The translations under genes were made by a program, and so were the position numbers. A stretch of 20,000 nucleotides of DNA from an uncultured virus (IMG/VR IMGVR_UViG_3300031722_000022) (Duplodnaviria; Heunggongvirae; Uroviricota; Caudoviricetes), in the IMG/VR virus record IMGVR_UViG_3300031722_000022, one strand, 5' to 3'. Positions 8,532 through 16,115 of the stretch are shown in pieces (positions within the stretch are counted from its first letter, which is position 1; each line of letters starts with the position of its first letter). Below the pieces are notes generated by a model. That model made no database searches and had not been told where the DNA came from. It saw only the letters and a list, made by a program, of their open reading frames with translations.

Positions 8532-9200
8532 TTAGATTCCTCCTCCTGTTGCTAGTCTAGTTTCCTCAATCTTCTCTTTATAGTATTCTTGCTCTGCTTC
8601 TTTTCTTGCTAATACATCCTCATCAAAGTCAAAGAAGGTTTCTCTAAGGACAGTCTCTCCTTCTTTGTGGAGAGTAGCGACCCATTTACCTTTATATTTA
8701 TCAAAAGATACACCTGTTACACCTGATTTGTTATTTTTAAACAACTCTCTATTAAATGCCTGATTACTTGGTGTGTCCCATTTGCAGTTCTCTGGTGAGT
8801 AGTTTCCGTTTGTGTCTTTACGCTCAAGTGTTCTTCCTTCTGGCCTCTCTCCCATGTCGTCTAAAAAGTTAAAGAATCCAGTTGGAGACAATTCCCACTT
8901 CTCACAGACAACAATTCCTTTTCTAAGGTAATCCCCGCGCTTATCTTCTCCATCACACCGCTGATGCATTGATCTGAAAGACGACCACGTAGGGGTCTGT
9001 GACCAACCATCAAGAACATCACATTCTTTTCTATAACAACCACATGACAGCACATTACCGACTTTTAAGTGAAAGGTATTTTGATACGTAGTGTTTCCAC
9101 AATCGCAAATGCATTCCCATCCTTGCTTATCTTTACGCCAGCCTACAACAACCAATCGTCCATACCTCTCACCAACAAAAACAGTTTGCGGCAATGCCAT
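8532..9200 (-). CDS. HNH-AP2 homing endonuclease
   Basis: YGRL..CICDCG..SCGC, MHQRC, DMGERPEGRTLERKDTNGNYSPENCKW, NNKSGVTGV...ARKEAE; GGAGG RBS. Confidence 0.9.
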   Translation of the reverse strand: MALPQTVFVGERYGRLVVVGWRKDKQGWECICDCGNTTYQNTFHLKVGNVLSCGCYRKECDVLDGWSQTPTWSSFRSMHQRCDGEDKRGDYLRKGIVVCEKWELSPTGFFNFLDDMGERPEGRTLERKDTNGNYSPENCKWDTPSNQAFNRELFKNNKSGVTGVSFDKYKGKWVATLHKEGETVLRETFFDFDEDVLARKEAEQEYYKEKIEETRLATGGGI

Positions 9201-9215
9201 AACACCTCCTAATAA

Positions 9216-9752
9216 TTAACCAAACATCAACGTCTTAACCAAAGACTCACCATACTCAGGCTTAACCCCATATCCAACAAGTTCTTTAGTATGCTCTCGA
9301 ATAGTCTTCTTAGAGGGCTTCCTATAGTTTGCCATAGCACGAATCATTAAGCAACCTGCTTCTATATAGTCTGCGAAGTTCTCACAATACCAAGCAGCAA
9401 ATTCTTCTGCATGTGTGTAGCCCTGCTTCTCTTCAAACTCTTTTGTCTCTCGACTATAATCGTCTAGTGACCACTTATGAAGAGGAAGGAATGTATATCT
9501 ACGATACTGAGGATCAATGTATTCAAGTGTGTCTTTATCTTGCAACAGGAAATGATAACAGAATACACTTGAACTGTCAAATGATCTTCCTCCAATAGAT
9601 AGAACAATGTCCATTTGCTTATTCAGAGCAGCGTAATGTTTCTCAAACATGAATACATTATTAAAGCAAGCACCAGCTACACCATCTGGACACTTTGGAC
9701 ACTCGCCAAAATGCTTCATATCATAGTGATATGTATCAGCTTGAAAAATCAT
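9216..9752 (-). CDS. hypothetical protein, possible Cys-His-Asp (papain/transglutaminase-like) triad
   Basis: AGGAGG RBS; GACFNN ... YHFLL ... YIDPQY order of residues. Confidence 0.7.
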   Translation of the reverse strand: MIFQADTYHYDMKHFGECPKCPDGVAGACFNNVFMFEKHYAALNKQMDIVLSIGGRSFDSSSVFCYHFLLQDKDTLEYIDPQYRRYTFLPLHKWSLDDYSRETKEFEEKQGYTHAEEFAAWYCENFADYIEAGCLMIRAMANYRKPSKKTIREHTKELVGYGVKPEYGESLVKTLMFG

Positions 9753-9900
9753 ACAATTCCTCCTTCAAATATTTCTTACATTGAACATCAGCCTTAGCCC
9801 TGCAAACATGCTTGCCATGTTTATCCTCATGTTGAACATTACGAGATTGCCTAAGCATGTCATTCAACAATTTATGTCGTGGAGTCTTTGTACGTTGCAT
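9736..9900 (-). CDS. small basic hypothetical protein (54 aa, MQRTKTPRHK...)
   Basis: Read manually; TAAGGA RBS; its 3' end overlaps the RBS and start of the next gene. Confidence 0.6.
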   Translation of the reverse strand: MQRTKTPRHKLLNDMLRQSRNVQHEDKHGKHVCRAKADVQCKKYLKEELYDFSS

Positions 9901-9911
9901 GTTAATAATCC

Positions 9912-10073
9912 TTAATTAATATTACCACAACAATCACAATAATCCATGATAATGGGCTCAACATATGTTTGCTCTGCTACAAGCATTTCTTCACAATGTT
10001 CACAAATTTCATAGCCATTATTATCAAGGCTTCCACACACTGCACAGAATAGGCACATTGTTGTGTCTTCCAT
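9912..10073 (-). CDS. small Cys-rich (Zn-ribbon-like) protein (53 aa)
   Basis: Read manually: MEDTTMCLFCAVCG...CEHC...CDCCGNIN; TAATG coupling to the upstream ORF. Confidence 0.6.
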   Translation of the reverse strand: MEDTTMCLFCAVCGSLDNNGYEICEHCEEMLVAEQTYVEPIIMDYCDCCGNIN

Positions 10074-10222
10074 TACGAGCATCCCGTGGAGGCGAGTATC
10101 TTAAGCAAGTAGCCAACAATTACACCTGCCCAAAATCCATATACAAGGCTAATTGTCCACGTAGGAACAGGGCTACGTTGTGGAATAATGTGATATGTTC
10201 CAATAGGCTGATTAGTTTTCAT
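10073..10222 (-). CDS. small single-TM protein (49 aa, MKTNQP...)
   Basis: GGAG upstream, start overlaps the upstream gene end; hydrophobic ISLVYGFWAGVIVGYLLKIL. Confidence 0.55.
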   Translation of the reverse strand: MKTNQPIGTYHIIPQRSPVPTWTISLVYGFWAGVIVGYLLKILASTGCS

Positions 10223-10682
10223 TGATAGGCTCCAAGTCTTCTGCTGAATGAAAATCACAATCAAGGTTAATATTGGACATCATAGTTGTTGAACTATCAT
10301 TAACTGGATTGTCTACACGAAACACTTTAGTTCCTTCAGTACATCCCCACTTAGACATAAAATATGTCTTCTTAGGAATAAGCCTAGCATCCTCTTTGGC
10401 AATGTCTAATTGTTCCTGTGTTCCATTCTGCCATTTCTTTTGCTTAGGCTTCTTATCTTTATTTGCTGGAAGAAGCATGCTCAATGGGTACCATCCACAA
10501 TATCTACCGGTTGCTTCAACATTTAGTGGGATCATAAATATTGTATATGGGTCGTCTAGGGCATGTACTTGTCGGATAACCTCCTCGCCATCATACATAA
10601 ACACAGTGTCAAATGGCAACAATGTTGCATCATTCTTTGCTGCATCCAAGTCTGCTTGTGTGCCTTTTGCATATTTAGCCAT
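10212..10682 (-). CDS. hypothetical protein made of two tandem homologous domains
   Basis: AAGGAG RBS; KYAKGTQADLDAAKNDATLLPFDTVFM vs KWQNGTQEQLDIAKEDARLIPKKTYFM. Confidence 0.85.
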   Translation of the reverse strand: MAKYAKGTQADLDAAKNDATLLPFDTVFMYDGEEVIRQVHALDDPYTIFMIPLNVEATGRYCGWYPLSMLLPANKDKKPKQKKWQNGTQEQLDIAKEDARLIPKKTYFMSKWGCTEGTKVFRVDNPVNDSSTTMMSNINLDCDFHSAEDLEPINEN

Positions 10683-10694
10683 GTTAGTTCTCCT

Positions 10695-10817
10695 TTACTG
10701 ATTGTGTGCACCAATTATAGCAACTATTAGCATCATAATGTCAAGTAAAACAAATGCAATAATAGCTGGCCTATGAAATGGATGAATCCTGCTCCATAAC
10801 ACCTTTAACTTTGACAT
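10695..10817 (-). CDS. small membrane peptide (40 aa, MSKLKVLWSRIHPFHRPAIIAFVLLDIMMLIVAIIGAHNQ)
   Basis: Read manually; GGAGAGG RBS; basic N-terminus followed by a TM helix. Confidence 0.55.
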   Translation of the reverse strand: MSKLKVLWSRIHPFHRPAIIAFVLLDIMMLIVAIIGAHNQ

Positions 10818-10906
10818 TTACAAACCTCTCCATTGCACCAAATTAACAAGGCACTCTTGTTATGGAGTGCTCTTACAAGAGACTGATAGCTAAACTTAGT
10901 TTCCAT
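10805..10906 (-). CDS. small hypothetical protein (33 aa, METKFSYQ...)
   Basis: Read manually; GAGGAG RBS; first ORF after the promoter at 10940-10968. Confidence 0.55.
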   Translation of the reverse strand: METKFSYQSLVRALHNKSALLIWCNGEVCKCQS

Positions 10907-10939
10907 TCTGCTCTCCTCAGTTATTAACACAATGAAAGC

Positions 10940-10968
10940 ATTCTATCAGGAAGAATGTGTGTTGTCAA
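10940..10968 (-). promoter_or_regulatory. sigma70-type promoter
   Basis: TTGACA-17-TAGAAT with extended TG; AGAAATTGC upstream; the -35 contains the HNH gene's TGA stop. Confidence 0.8.
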
Positions 10969-11645
10969 GCAATTTCTGAATTAATCTTTATTGTTCCGTT
11001 CGGCCTGTCTCCATATAACTCTTCTGAGCGGTTGTCATAGGCTGTTCCTGCATCTAGTTCATTAAAGAAATATCCTAAGTGCTCTCTTTTTCTATTTTGT
11101 TGTATATTGGAAGACCACTTTCCCACTACAATGCTCCAATACACGCCCTTATAAGCAGACGAGCAATTATTTTTCTTCCTTTGGTTATGGCTCTGTTCTG
11201 TATCCGTAGCCCAACGGCAGTTTTCTTTGCAGTAATTTCCATTAACATTAATTCTATCTAAAGTCAAGCCCTCTTCCCATGTTTCTCCCATCTCATCCCA
11301 GAATGTCTTAAAAGACTTTCGCCACTCTCTACACGTTGTAATTCCTCTTCCTCCATAGTTATTCCACTCTTCATTCTTTGGATTTGTTGTTCTCTGGATA
11401 GCTCCGCTCCAAGACGAGTATGCCGAGGATTTACACATCCCGTGTTTTGTCTTCCTCGTATTACCTAAACATCCACAAGATAAAGATTTTCCGCTTGTAA
11501 GGTTTCCTTTATATACAACAACCTCCTTTCCACACTCACACCTACATCTCCATATAGTTCCAGAATAACCCTGCTGATTACCCTCCCTACAAACAATAGT
11601 AAGCAGACCAAAATGCTGGCCTGATATATCTATTAATTTACCCAT
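10965..11645 (-). CDS. HNH-AP2 homing endonuclease
   Basis: CRCECG..SCGC, YGGRGI, LDRINVNGNYCKENCRW, SSAYKGV, LGYF..ELDA..AYDNRSE; start at the TGATG overlap with the primase-helicase stop. Confidence 0.9.
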   Translation of the reverse strand: MGKLIDISGQHFGLLTIVCREGNQQGYSGTIWRCRCECGKEVVVYKGNLTSGKSLSCGCLGNTRKTKHGMCKSSAYSSWSGAIQRTTNPKNEEWNNYGGRGITTCREWRKSFKTFWDEMGETWEEGLTLDRINVNGNYCKENCRWATDTEQSHNQRKKNNCSSAYKGVYWSIVVGKWSSNIQQNRKREHLGYFFNELDAGTAYDNRSEELYGDRPNGTIKINSEIA

Positions 11646-13384
11646 CAGAAATCCCTTGGCCCATGCATTGACATGTACTCTACCTTGTCCCACAAAGTAT
11701 GCGTCGCAGAATCATAATACATTTCACAAGCAAGACCTGTCCACCCAGTTGAACGAGACTTCAATACATGAACACTTGTGGTGTTCTTAATCATCTCGTC
11801 TGGATTATTCTTATCTCGCTGCAAAGCAATGTTTACACCCGCACTACGATATTGTGTTCCTGATCCGATAATGCTTTCTTCTGTCAGGAAAGCCCCTTGC
11901 GAAGCAGCCTTCTCCCCGCTACCAGACTTTCTAACGTGTGAGATATTAATAATAATTACACCATACTGCTTGACTATCTTCTTTTCCCATGCCATCCACT
12001 TATCTACTTCTTCAATTGTCTTCCCTGCAAAAACATCAGACAGCACATCAATACAAATTACCTTGCAGTTGCAGGCGATAATCATCTCTTCGACTTTTTC
12101 TTGCAACTGTGAGTAATCCCCACGATCATCAAGCAGGTATAGGCGGCTTGTTCCATCTTGCCGCTTGAACAAAGTATTAGCAGCATCCTCTGCCTCCTTG
12201 CTGCCCACAAAAGCAATACGTTCTTCTTTGTCCTTAATAAGAGCAATCTTCTTGCCCATATAATGTGATAGCAAGTTCTCACCAAACTCTGCTGCCTCTG
12301 CCTCAAGGGACAGTACCGCAATGTTAAGATCAAGATCAATCATCCAATAAGCAATACACTGGTTGATTGCAGATGTCTTCCCTGATCCACTCCCGGCAAG
12401 AATGTTACAAATATACCCGTAGTTCACTCCGCCTGCCAATGCACGATTAACACCTTCCATCATTGGAGGAAATGGCAACTTGTCTACTTTAGCTCGTTCC
12501 TTAATTTCACTATAGATTTGGTCACTATCTACAATGCCAGACGGCGTCCATTGCTTTGCTTTCCAGAAATCATTGATGAAAGCCTGCTCTTTTCCGTGGT
12601 TGATATATTCATCAGCATCATTAAAAGACATCTTCATAATGAATGACTTGCCTTTAGGCAGAATCTTGCAGATTGCTTCGTTTGCGAGTTGTCCTGCATC
12701 GTCCATGTCCATGCACACAACGATCTTCTTGAATTGTGACAGCCATGAGTATTGCTTCTGTACCTGTTTCCAGGCACCATTTTCTCCGATGGTTGGGGAT
12801 ACGACAGCAATAGACTCGTAGTCTTCTTTGCCCCTGCGCTTCTGATCGTCAACAAGCATTTGATACGCTGCACGTTGCTTAATCTCGCCTCCGACAATTA
12901 GACATGTGTGGTTATTGTTCTTGAAACGGAACTGCCCAACGAGATCACAATCCTTTCCAACTACGCCAACTGGTTGTGAGAAGTCCTTTGGGAAAAGGCG
13001 CGTCTTATAGCCTACAAGTTCTGAGTCGATGGTTGTTGGGACATACTCCTTGATCGGCTCCCCATTTTCTTCATCGTATTGATAGCGAACACCAAAAAAC
13101 TGGTTAATCTCTTTACGAATTCCTCGAAATCCTTTTCCGTCCGTTCCGGTATAGGATTTAATTTTATCATTCTCTTCATCTGTAATACGTTCTCGTGTAG
13201 ACACTTCTTCCTCCTCTTCAACTGTATCAATGCCTCTGGCTTCCCGTTCACTGTCAGAAAGAATGGTGTGAGAACATGCGAAACAATACCCGCCCAAACC
13301 CTCCCCATAGAAGTAGAAGTTATCGCCTTTGTCATCATGTCCTTTTTCCCTACACTTAGGACAAGGATTCTTTCCAATTTTCAA
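11645..13384 (-). CDS. T7 gp4-like DNA primase-helicase
   Basis: Zn finger CPKC..CFAC, TOPRIM DMD and NDAD, Walker A AGSGSGKT, SLE, ISHVRK, GSG, LKSRSTG; TTG start with AAGGAG. Confidence 0.95.
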   Translation of the reverse strand: MKIGKNPCPKCREKGHDDKGDNFYFYGEGLGGYCFACSHTILSDSEREARGIDTVEEEEEVSTRERITDEENDKIKSYTGTDGKGFRGIRKEINQFFGVRYQYDEENGEPIKEYVPTTIDSELVGYKTRLFPKDFSQPVGVVGKDCDLVGQFRFKNNNHTCLIVGGEIKQRAAYQMLVDDQKRRGKEDYESIAVVSPTIGENGAWKQVQKQYSWLSQFKKIVVCMDMDDAGQLANEAICKILPKGKSFIMKMSFNDADEYINHGKEQAFINDFWKAKQWTPSGIVDSDQIYSEIKERAKVDKLPFPPMMEGVNRALAGGVNYGYICNILAGSGSGKTSAINQCIAYWMIDLDLNIAVLSLEAEAAEFGENLLSHYMGKKIALIKDKEERIAFVGSKEAEDAANTLFKRQDGTSRLYLLDDRGDYSQLQEKVEEMIIACNCKVICIDVLSDVFAGKTIEEVDKWMAWEKKIVKQYGVIIINISHVRKSGSGEKAASQGAFLTEESIIGSGTQYRSAGVNIALQRDKNNPDEMIKNTTSVHVLKSRSTGWTGLACEMYYDSATHTLWDKVEYMSMHGPRDF

Positions 13385-13387
13385 TGA

Positions 13388-13840
13388 TTATCTCTCCTTG
13401 TAGAATGAATGTGAACCTAATGTTAGTGTCTTCTTGAACACCCTTGTCCAAGCATTACGTACATGTTTCGTTGCGAAATGTGTAGCCCCTGCTGTGTCAT
13501 CAACATGCCCTTCACTATTATAACTCATAAACATATTATAAGCAACTGGCAGCGAAGCTGCTAACATATCCGCCGTAGGCGTCTTAGCCTTCCCATGCCA
13601 ACTGAACTGATGTCGTTCCGACATAATATAACAAACAGGCTTACGTCTCTTCTTGCTACGGTTCAACACCGTATTAGCTACAGCAATTTGTCCACGCAAA
13701 TGTTCTCCTCTTGACTCAAAATATACGACGGTAGCCAAGCAATATATTTCTTCTGCTTTGCTATTATTAATAACATGGTCATATGTCAAAGAGGGGAACA
13801 TTAACGCTATTATCAGGAATAGCTTAATTGCCAAAGTCAA
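13388..13840 (-). CDS. SleB-like cell wall hydrolase (Hydrolase_2 family)
   Basis: CLATVVYFESRGE, GQIAVANTVLNR, QFSW, GATHF, GSHSFY; hydrophobic N-terminal signal. Confidence 0.9.
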   Translation of the reverse strand: MTLAIKLFLIIALMFPSLTYDHVINNSKAEEIYCLATVVYFESRGEHLRGQIAVANTVLNRSKKRRKPVCYIMSERHQFSWHGKAKTPTADMLAASLPVAYNMFMSYNSEGHVDDTAGATHFATKHVRNAWTRVFKKTLTLGSHSFYKER

Positions 13841-14022
13841 TACTCATCCTCGACCCTGCCATCAAAGATATTGCCATAATAAAGTTTATCTTCCTCTTTA
13901 TCGTATTCCTCGTATTCCATATTATCAATACAACGAGGACACACACCTACATCAACATACTCCTCGTCTAGTTTCTTTTCACAGTATTTACATACTTGGA
14001 TACGTTGTGGCTCTACGATCAT
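13837..14022 (-). CDS. small Zn-finger-like protein (CxxC..CxxC)
   Basis: CKYC and CPRC; GGAGG RBS, TAATG coupling. Confidence 0.7.
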   Translation of the reverse strand: MIVEPQRIQVCKYCEKKLDEEYVDVGVCPRCIDNMEYEEYDKEEDKLYYGNIFDGRVEDEY

Positions 14023-14228
14023 TATTCAGCCTCCGTAACTACCAAAGTAAACTTATTGTAGAACTCAGTAACATCAAGTACATACCATGTAGCATCAGAT
14101 GTTCCAATGCTTGTATAAATTATTACAGGGGACATATCTGATGCACACGTAACATCGTAGGCAAGATTGATGTAGAAGTATTCAAGTCCAGATTCATTAT
14201 TTTTGTAGACATTCTTAATATCATTCAT
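14022..14228 (-). CDS. DUF1653-like small protein
   Basis: VYKN..GLEY...A......VIIY....WYV....EF..KF pattern; AGGAG RBS. Confidence 0.6.
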   Translation of the reverse strand: MNDIKNVYKNNESGLEYFYINLAYDVTCASDMSPVIIYTSIGTSDATWYVLDVTEFYNKFTLVVTEAE

Positions 14229-14262
14229 GTGTAATTCTCCTAGGTAAAATTAAACTTAATAG

Positions 14263-14862
14263 TTATGCAACAAAAGATGGAAACGATACAGTTAGCACAT
14301 ACGGTGCTATTGGCTTGCTCAATACACGTTCTGGCTTCTCTGAATATGTCTTAAGATTCCAGCCAACTTTGATCTTCATACAGCGCTTACTAGATAACTT
14401 GATTATAGCATAGAATCCCCAATAATTGTTGATCTTTGTAAAACAATATCCTGCAACACCTGCGGGCTTATCTTGAATAAACGGATTTCCTTTTGTCTGA
14501 ACACAATCTGTAGGAAGAATGTTTGCAACTACATAGGGAGCCCTCTCAAACCTCTGTCCAGGGTTACGTAGAAGCCAGCCAAGCCTTCCAAAATAATTTT
14601 GAATACAAGGGTAGCCAGAGAGCTTCGTTCGCCAAGCCCAGTGGTCTTCCTGCATCTCCTTCCACGCCATATCGCCAAGAAGGGAGTTATCTACTGTCTG
14701 AAACCATGGTAGCCAACCAGGAAGTCTTGGTTCAATTCCTATTGCGTCCCCATTGTTAATAGGCCCATTTGCATTGGAGTAGAACATTGATAATAGCCAT
14801 GCAAACAGATAGGCTACAACATTAACAATAATATGTAGAGGAAGGATTAATAGCCATTTCAT
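14263..14862 (-). CDS. conserved phage membrane-anchored hypothetical protein
   Basis: N-terminal TM; LPGWLPWFQTVDNSLLGD and WLLRNP motifs resemble a recurring phage hypothetical family (from recollection). Confidence 0.75.
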   Translation of the reverse strand: MKWLLILPLHIIVNVVAYLFAWLLSMFYSNANGPINNGDAIGIEPRLPGWLPWFQTVDNSLLGDMAWKEMQEDHWAWRTKLSGYPCIQNYFGRLGWLLRNPGQRFERAPYVVANILPTDCVQTKGNPFIQDKPAGVAGYCFTKINNYWGFYAIIKLSSKRCMKIKVGWNLKTYSEKPERVLSKPIAPYVLTVSFPSFVA

Positions 14863-14919
14863 ATTGTTTCTACTTTAAATTAGTAATTCAATAGCAACAC
14901 AATGCACCATTCAGAATCT

Positions 14920-14947
14920 ATTCTAACATGAATAGTGGGAATGTCAA
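14920..14947 (-). promoter_or_regulatory. sigma70-type promoter
   Basis: TTGACA-16-TAGAAT with extended TG; the -35 contains the TGA stop of the upstream gene. Confidence 0.7.
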
Positions 14948-15234
14948 GAGTTGTTTGCTTTAGAAATCGCGGCCTTAGCAGAAATGATTGCTTGACGCTC
15001 ACTGTGCACTAGACCAGTAGAAGGTAGTACAATTTCAAGTTGCTCTAGGCATAGCTTTAGCGCGAAAAGCAACTCATCACGTTGTTCTTTCATCTTGTCA
15101 CAATCAACAAGCATCCAATAAATCAAGCTGTCTCCACAAAGATCACGATCCCAATGTTCTCCGTGACGTAGAGCAGTGAGCTTGCCATCGTCGTTGATTA
15201 CTGTGTATTTTCCATCTGCGAAATCATGTTGCAT
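14944..15234 (-). CDS. hypothetical protein (96 aa, MQHDFADGKY...)
   Basis: AGAGGA RBS before ATG at 15234; C-terminal 'RDELLFALK...AKAAISKA' helix common in phage early proteins. Confidence 0.75.
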   Translation of the reverse strand: MQHDFADGKYTVINDDGKLTALRHGEHWDRDLCGDSLIYWMLVDCDKMKEQRDELLFALKLCLEQLEIVLPSTGLVHSERQAIISAKAAISKANNS

Positions 15235-15238
15235 AGTA

Positions 15239-15382
15239 TTATTCCTCTTCATTCAGATAATTTGTATCTACAGAACAACCATCCTTTAACATTTGATGCC
15301 TATCGTATTCTGCATCATCAATGTCGTCATAAGATTGATTACCGAACAATCCATTTGGGTGTATCCATGGTAGTTCATACAC
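15239..15382 (-). CDS. small acidic protein (47 aa), first gene of the left arm
   Basis: Read manually; AAGGAGA-N5-GTG, same spacing as the first gene of the right arm. Confidence 0.6.
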   Translation of the reverse strand: MYELPWIHPNGLFGNQSYDDIDDAEYDRHQMLKDGCSVDTNYLNEEE

Positions 15383-15412
15383 GTTCATCTCCTTGTTGAT
15401 TAGACAGACACC

Positions 15413-15449
15413 ATCTTACCACAATATTTACAGATGTCAACACATTTCT
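15413..15449 (-). promoter_or_regulatory. leftward early promoter
   Basis: AGAAATGTG-TTGACA-16-TAAGAT with extended TG. Confidence 0.8.
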
Positions 15450-15459
15450 TCAACAATGA

Positions 15460-15495
15460 GAAATAGCCCTCATCCATTGTAGGAGAGGGCTTTGT
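15460..15495. terminator. intrinsic terminator-like hairpin, possibly bidirectional
   Basis: AGCCCTC/GAGGGCT stem plus inner TCC/GGA; followed by ATTTCT on minus and TTGTG on plus. Confidence 0.65.
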
Positions 15496-15529
15496 GTGTG
15501 TTGTTTAATTTTATGTGCGCTTTGTAGCT

Positions 15530-15995
15530 AATGTTGTCTACGCTGAGAGGATGCATACCGTGAGGTATGCTCTAGGATGTGTACACTAGCCCGAAGGGCA
15601 GGTAGTAGACGTATACTAGCGCTGTAAGCGCCTTATACTGTGTTGTATACTTAGTTCTTATATTAGTTCTTTATAACATCAACCCGAGGTTCTTAGCGCA
15701 TTTCTCCCCTTATACGCAGAGAGGCATCAGAGATGCGCCTGTAACGTGTTCAGGGGAGAGGAAGCTATTGACAGAATGCGTTAGCATCAACCGTCGGAAC
15801 ATTAGCATTGGTGTGCTTTGCAAGAACACAACAACATGGGAAGTTTAAAGGGCATCTCTCAAGATGTGCATCCCCTCTTACCGGGCCTTCCCACTACAGT
15901 ATCCTGATTGAACAGGGGGCAACTGATGTTCCAGCACCCGAAATCTCTTTAAGTAGTTTCTCCACCCTTGCCAACATGGTATTTCGATGGCTACG
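15530..15995 (+). ncRNA. candidate large structured non-coding element (ncRNA or structured ssDNA origin)
   Basis: No RBS-supported ORF, higher GC than its flanks, more than 10 stems, many nested; wobbles are G-U on plus and would be A-C on minus. Confidence 0.5.
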
Positions 15996-16046
15996 ACACA
16001 GACGAACAAGTGGTCAAAAATTTCTGTGAAGTCGTGCATCAATTGC

Positions 16047-16075
16047 TTGACACACTAGAGTTAGTGTTATATTCT
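16047..16075 (+). promoter_or_regulatory. rightward sigma70-type promoter
   Basis: TTGACA-17-TATTCT; ACACTA/TAGTGT inverted repeat spanning the end of the -35 and the spacer. Confidence 0.6.
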
Positions 16076-16115
16076 ACAACCAAGAGAATCGCTTCCCTCT
16101 TCAACTCATACATAT

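Noticed and set aside
10714..10744. TTGACA...TATAAT on minus upstream of the 10682 gene
   Set aside because: 19-nt spacer and located inside a small CDS; it may work as an extended -10 promoter but is not supported enough to call
15768..15773. Plus-strand TTGACA inside the structured element
   Set aside because: No -10 hexamer at 16-18 nt spacing
15530..15995. tRNA, tmRNA, group I intron or CRISPR identity for the structured region
   Set aside because: No T-loop/acceptor cloverleaf, no recognisable P7 R/S elements, no interrupted gene and no regularly spaced repeats seen by eye; a covariance search is still needed
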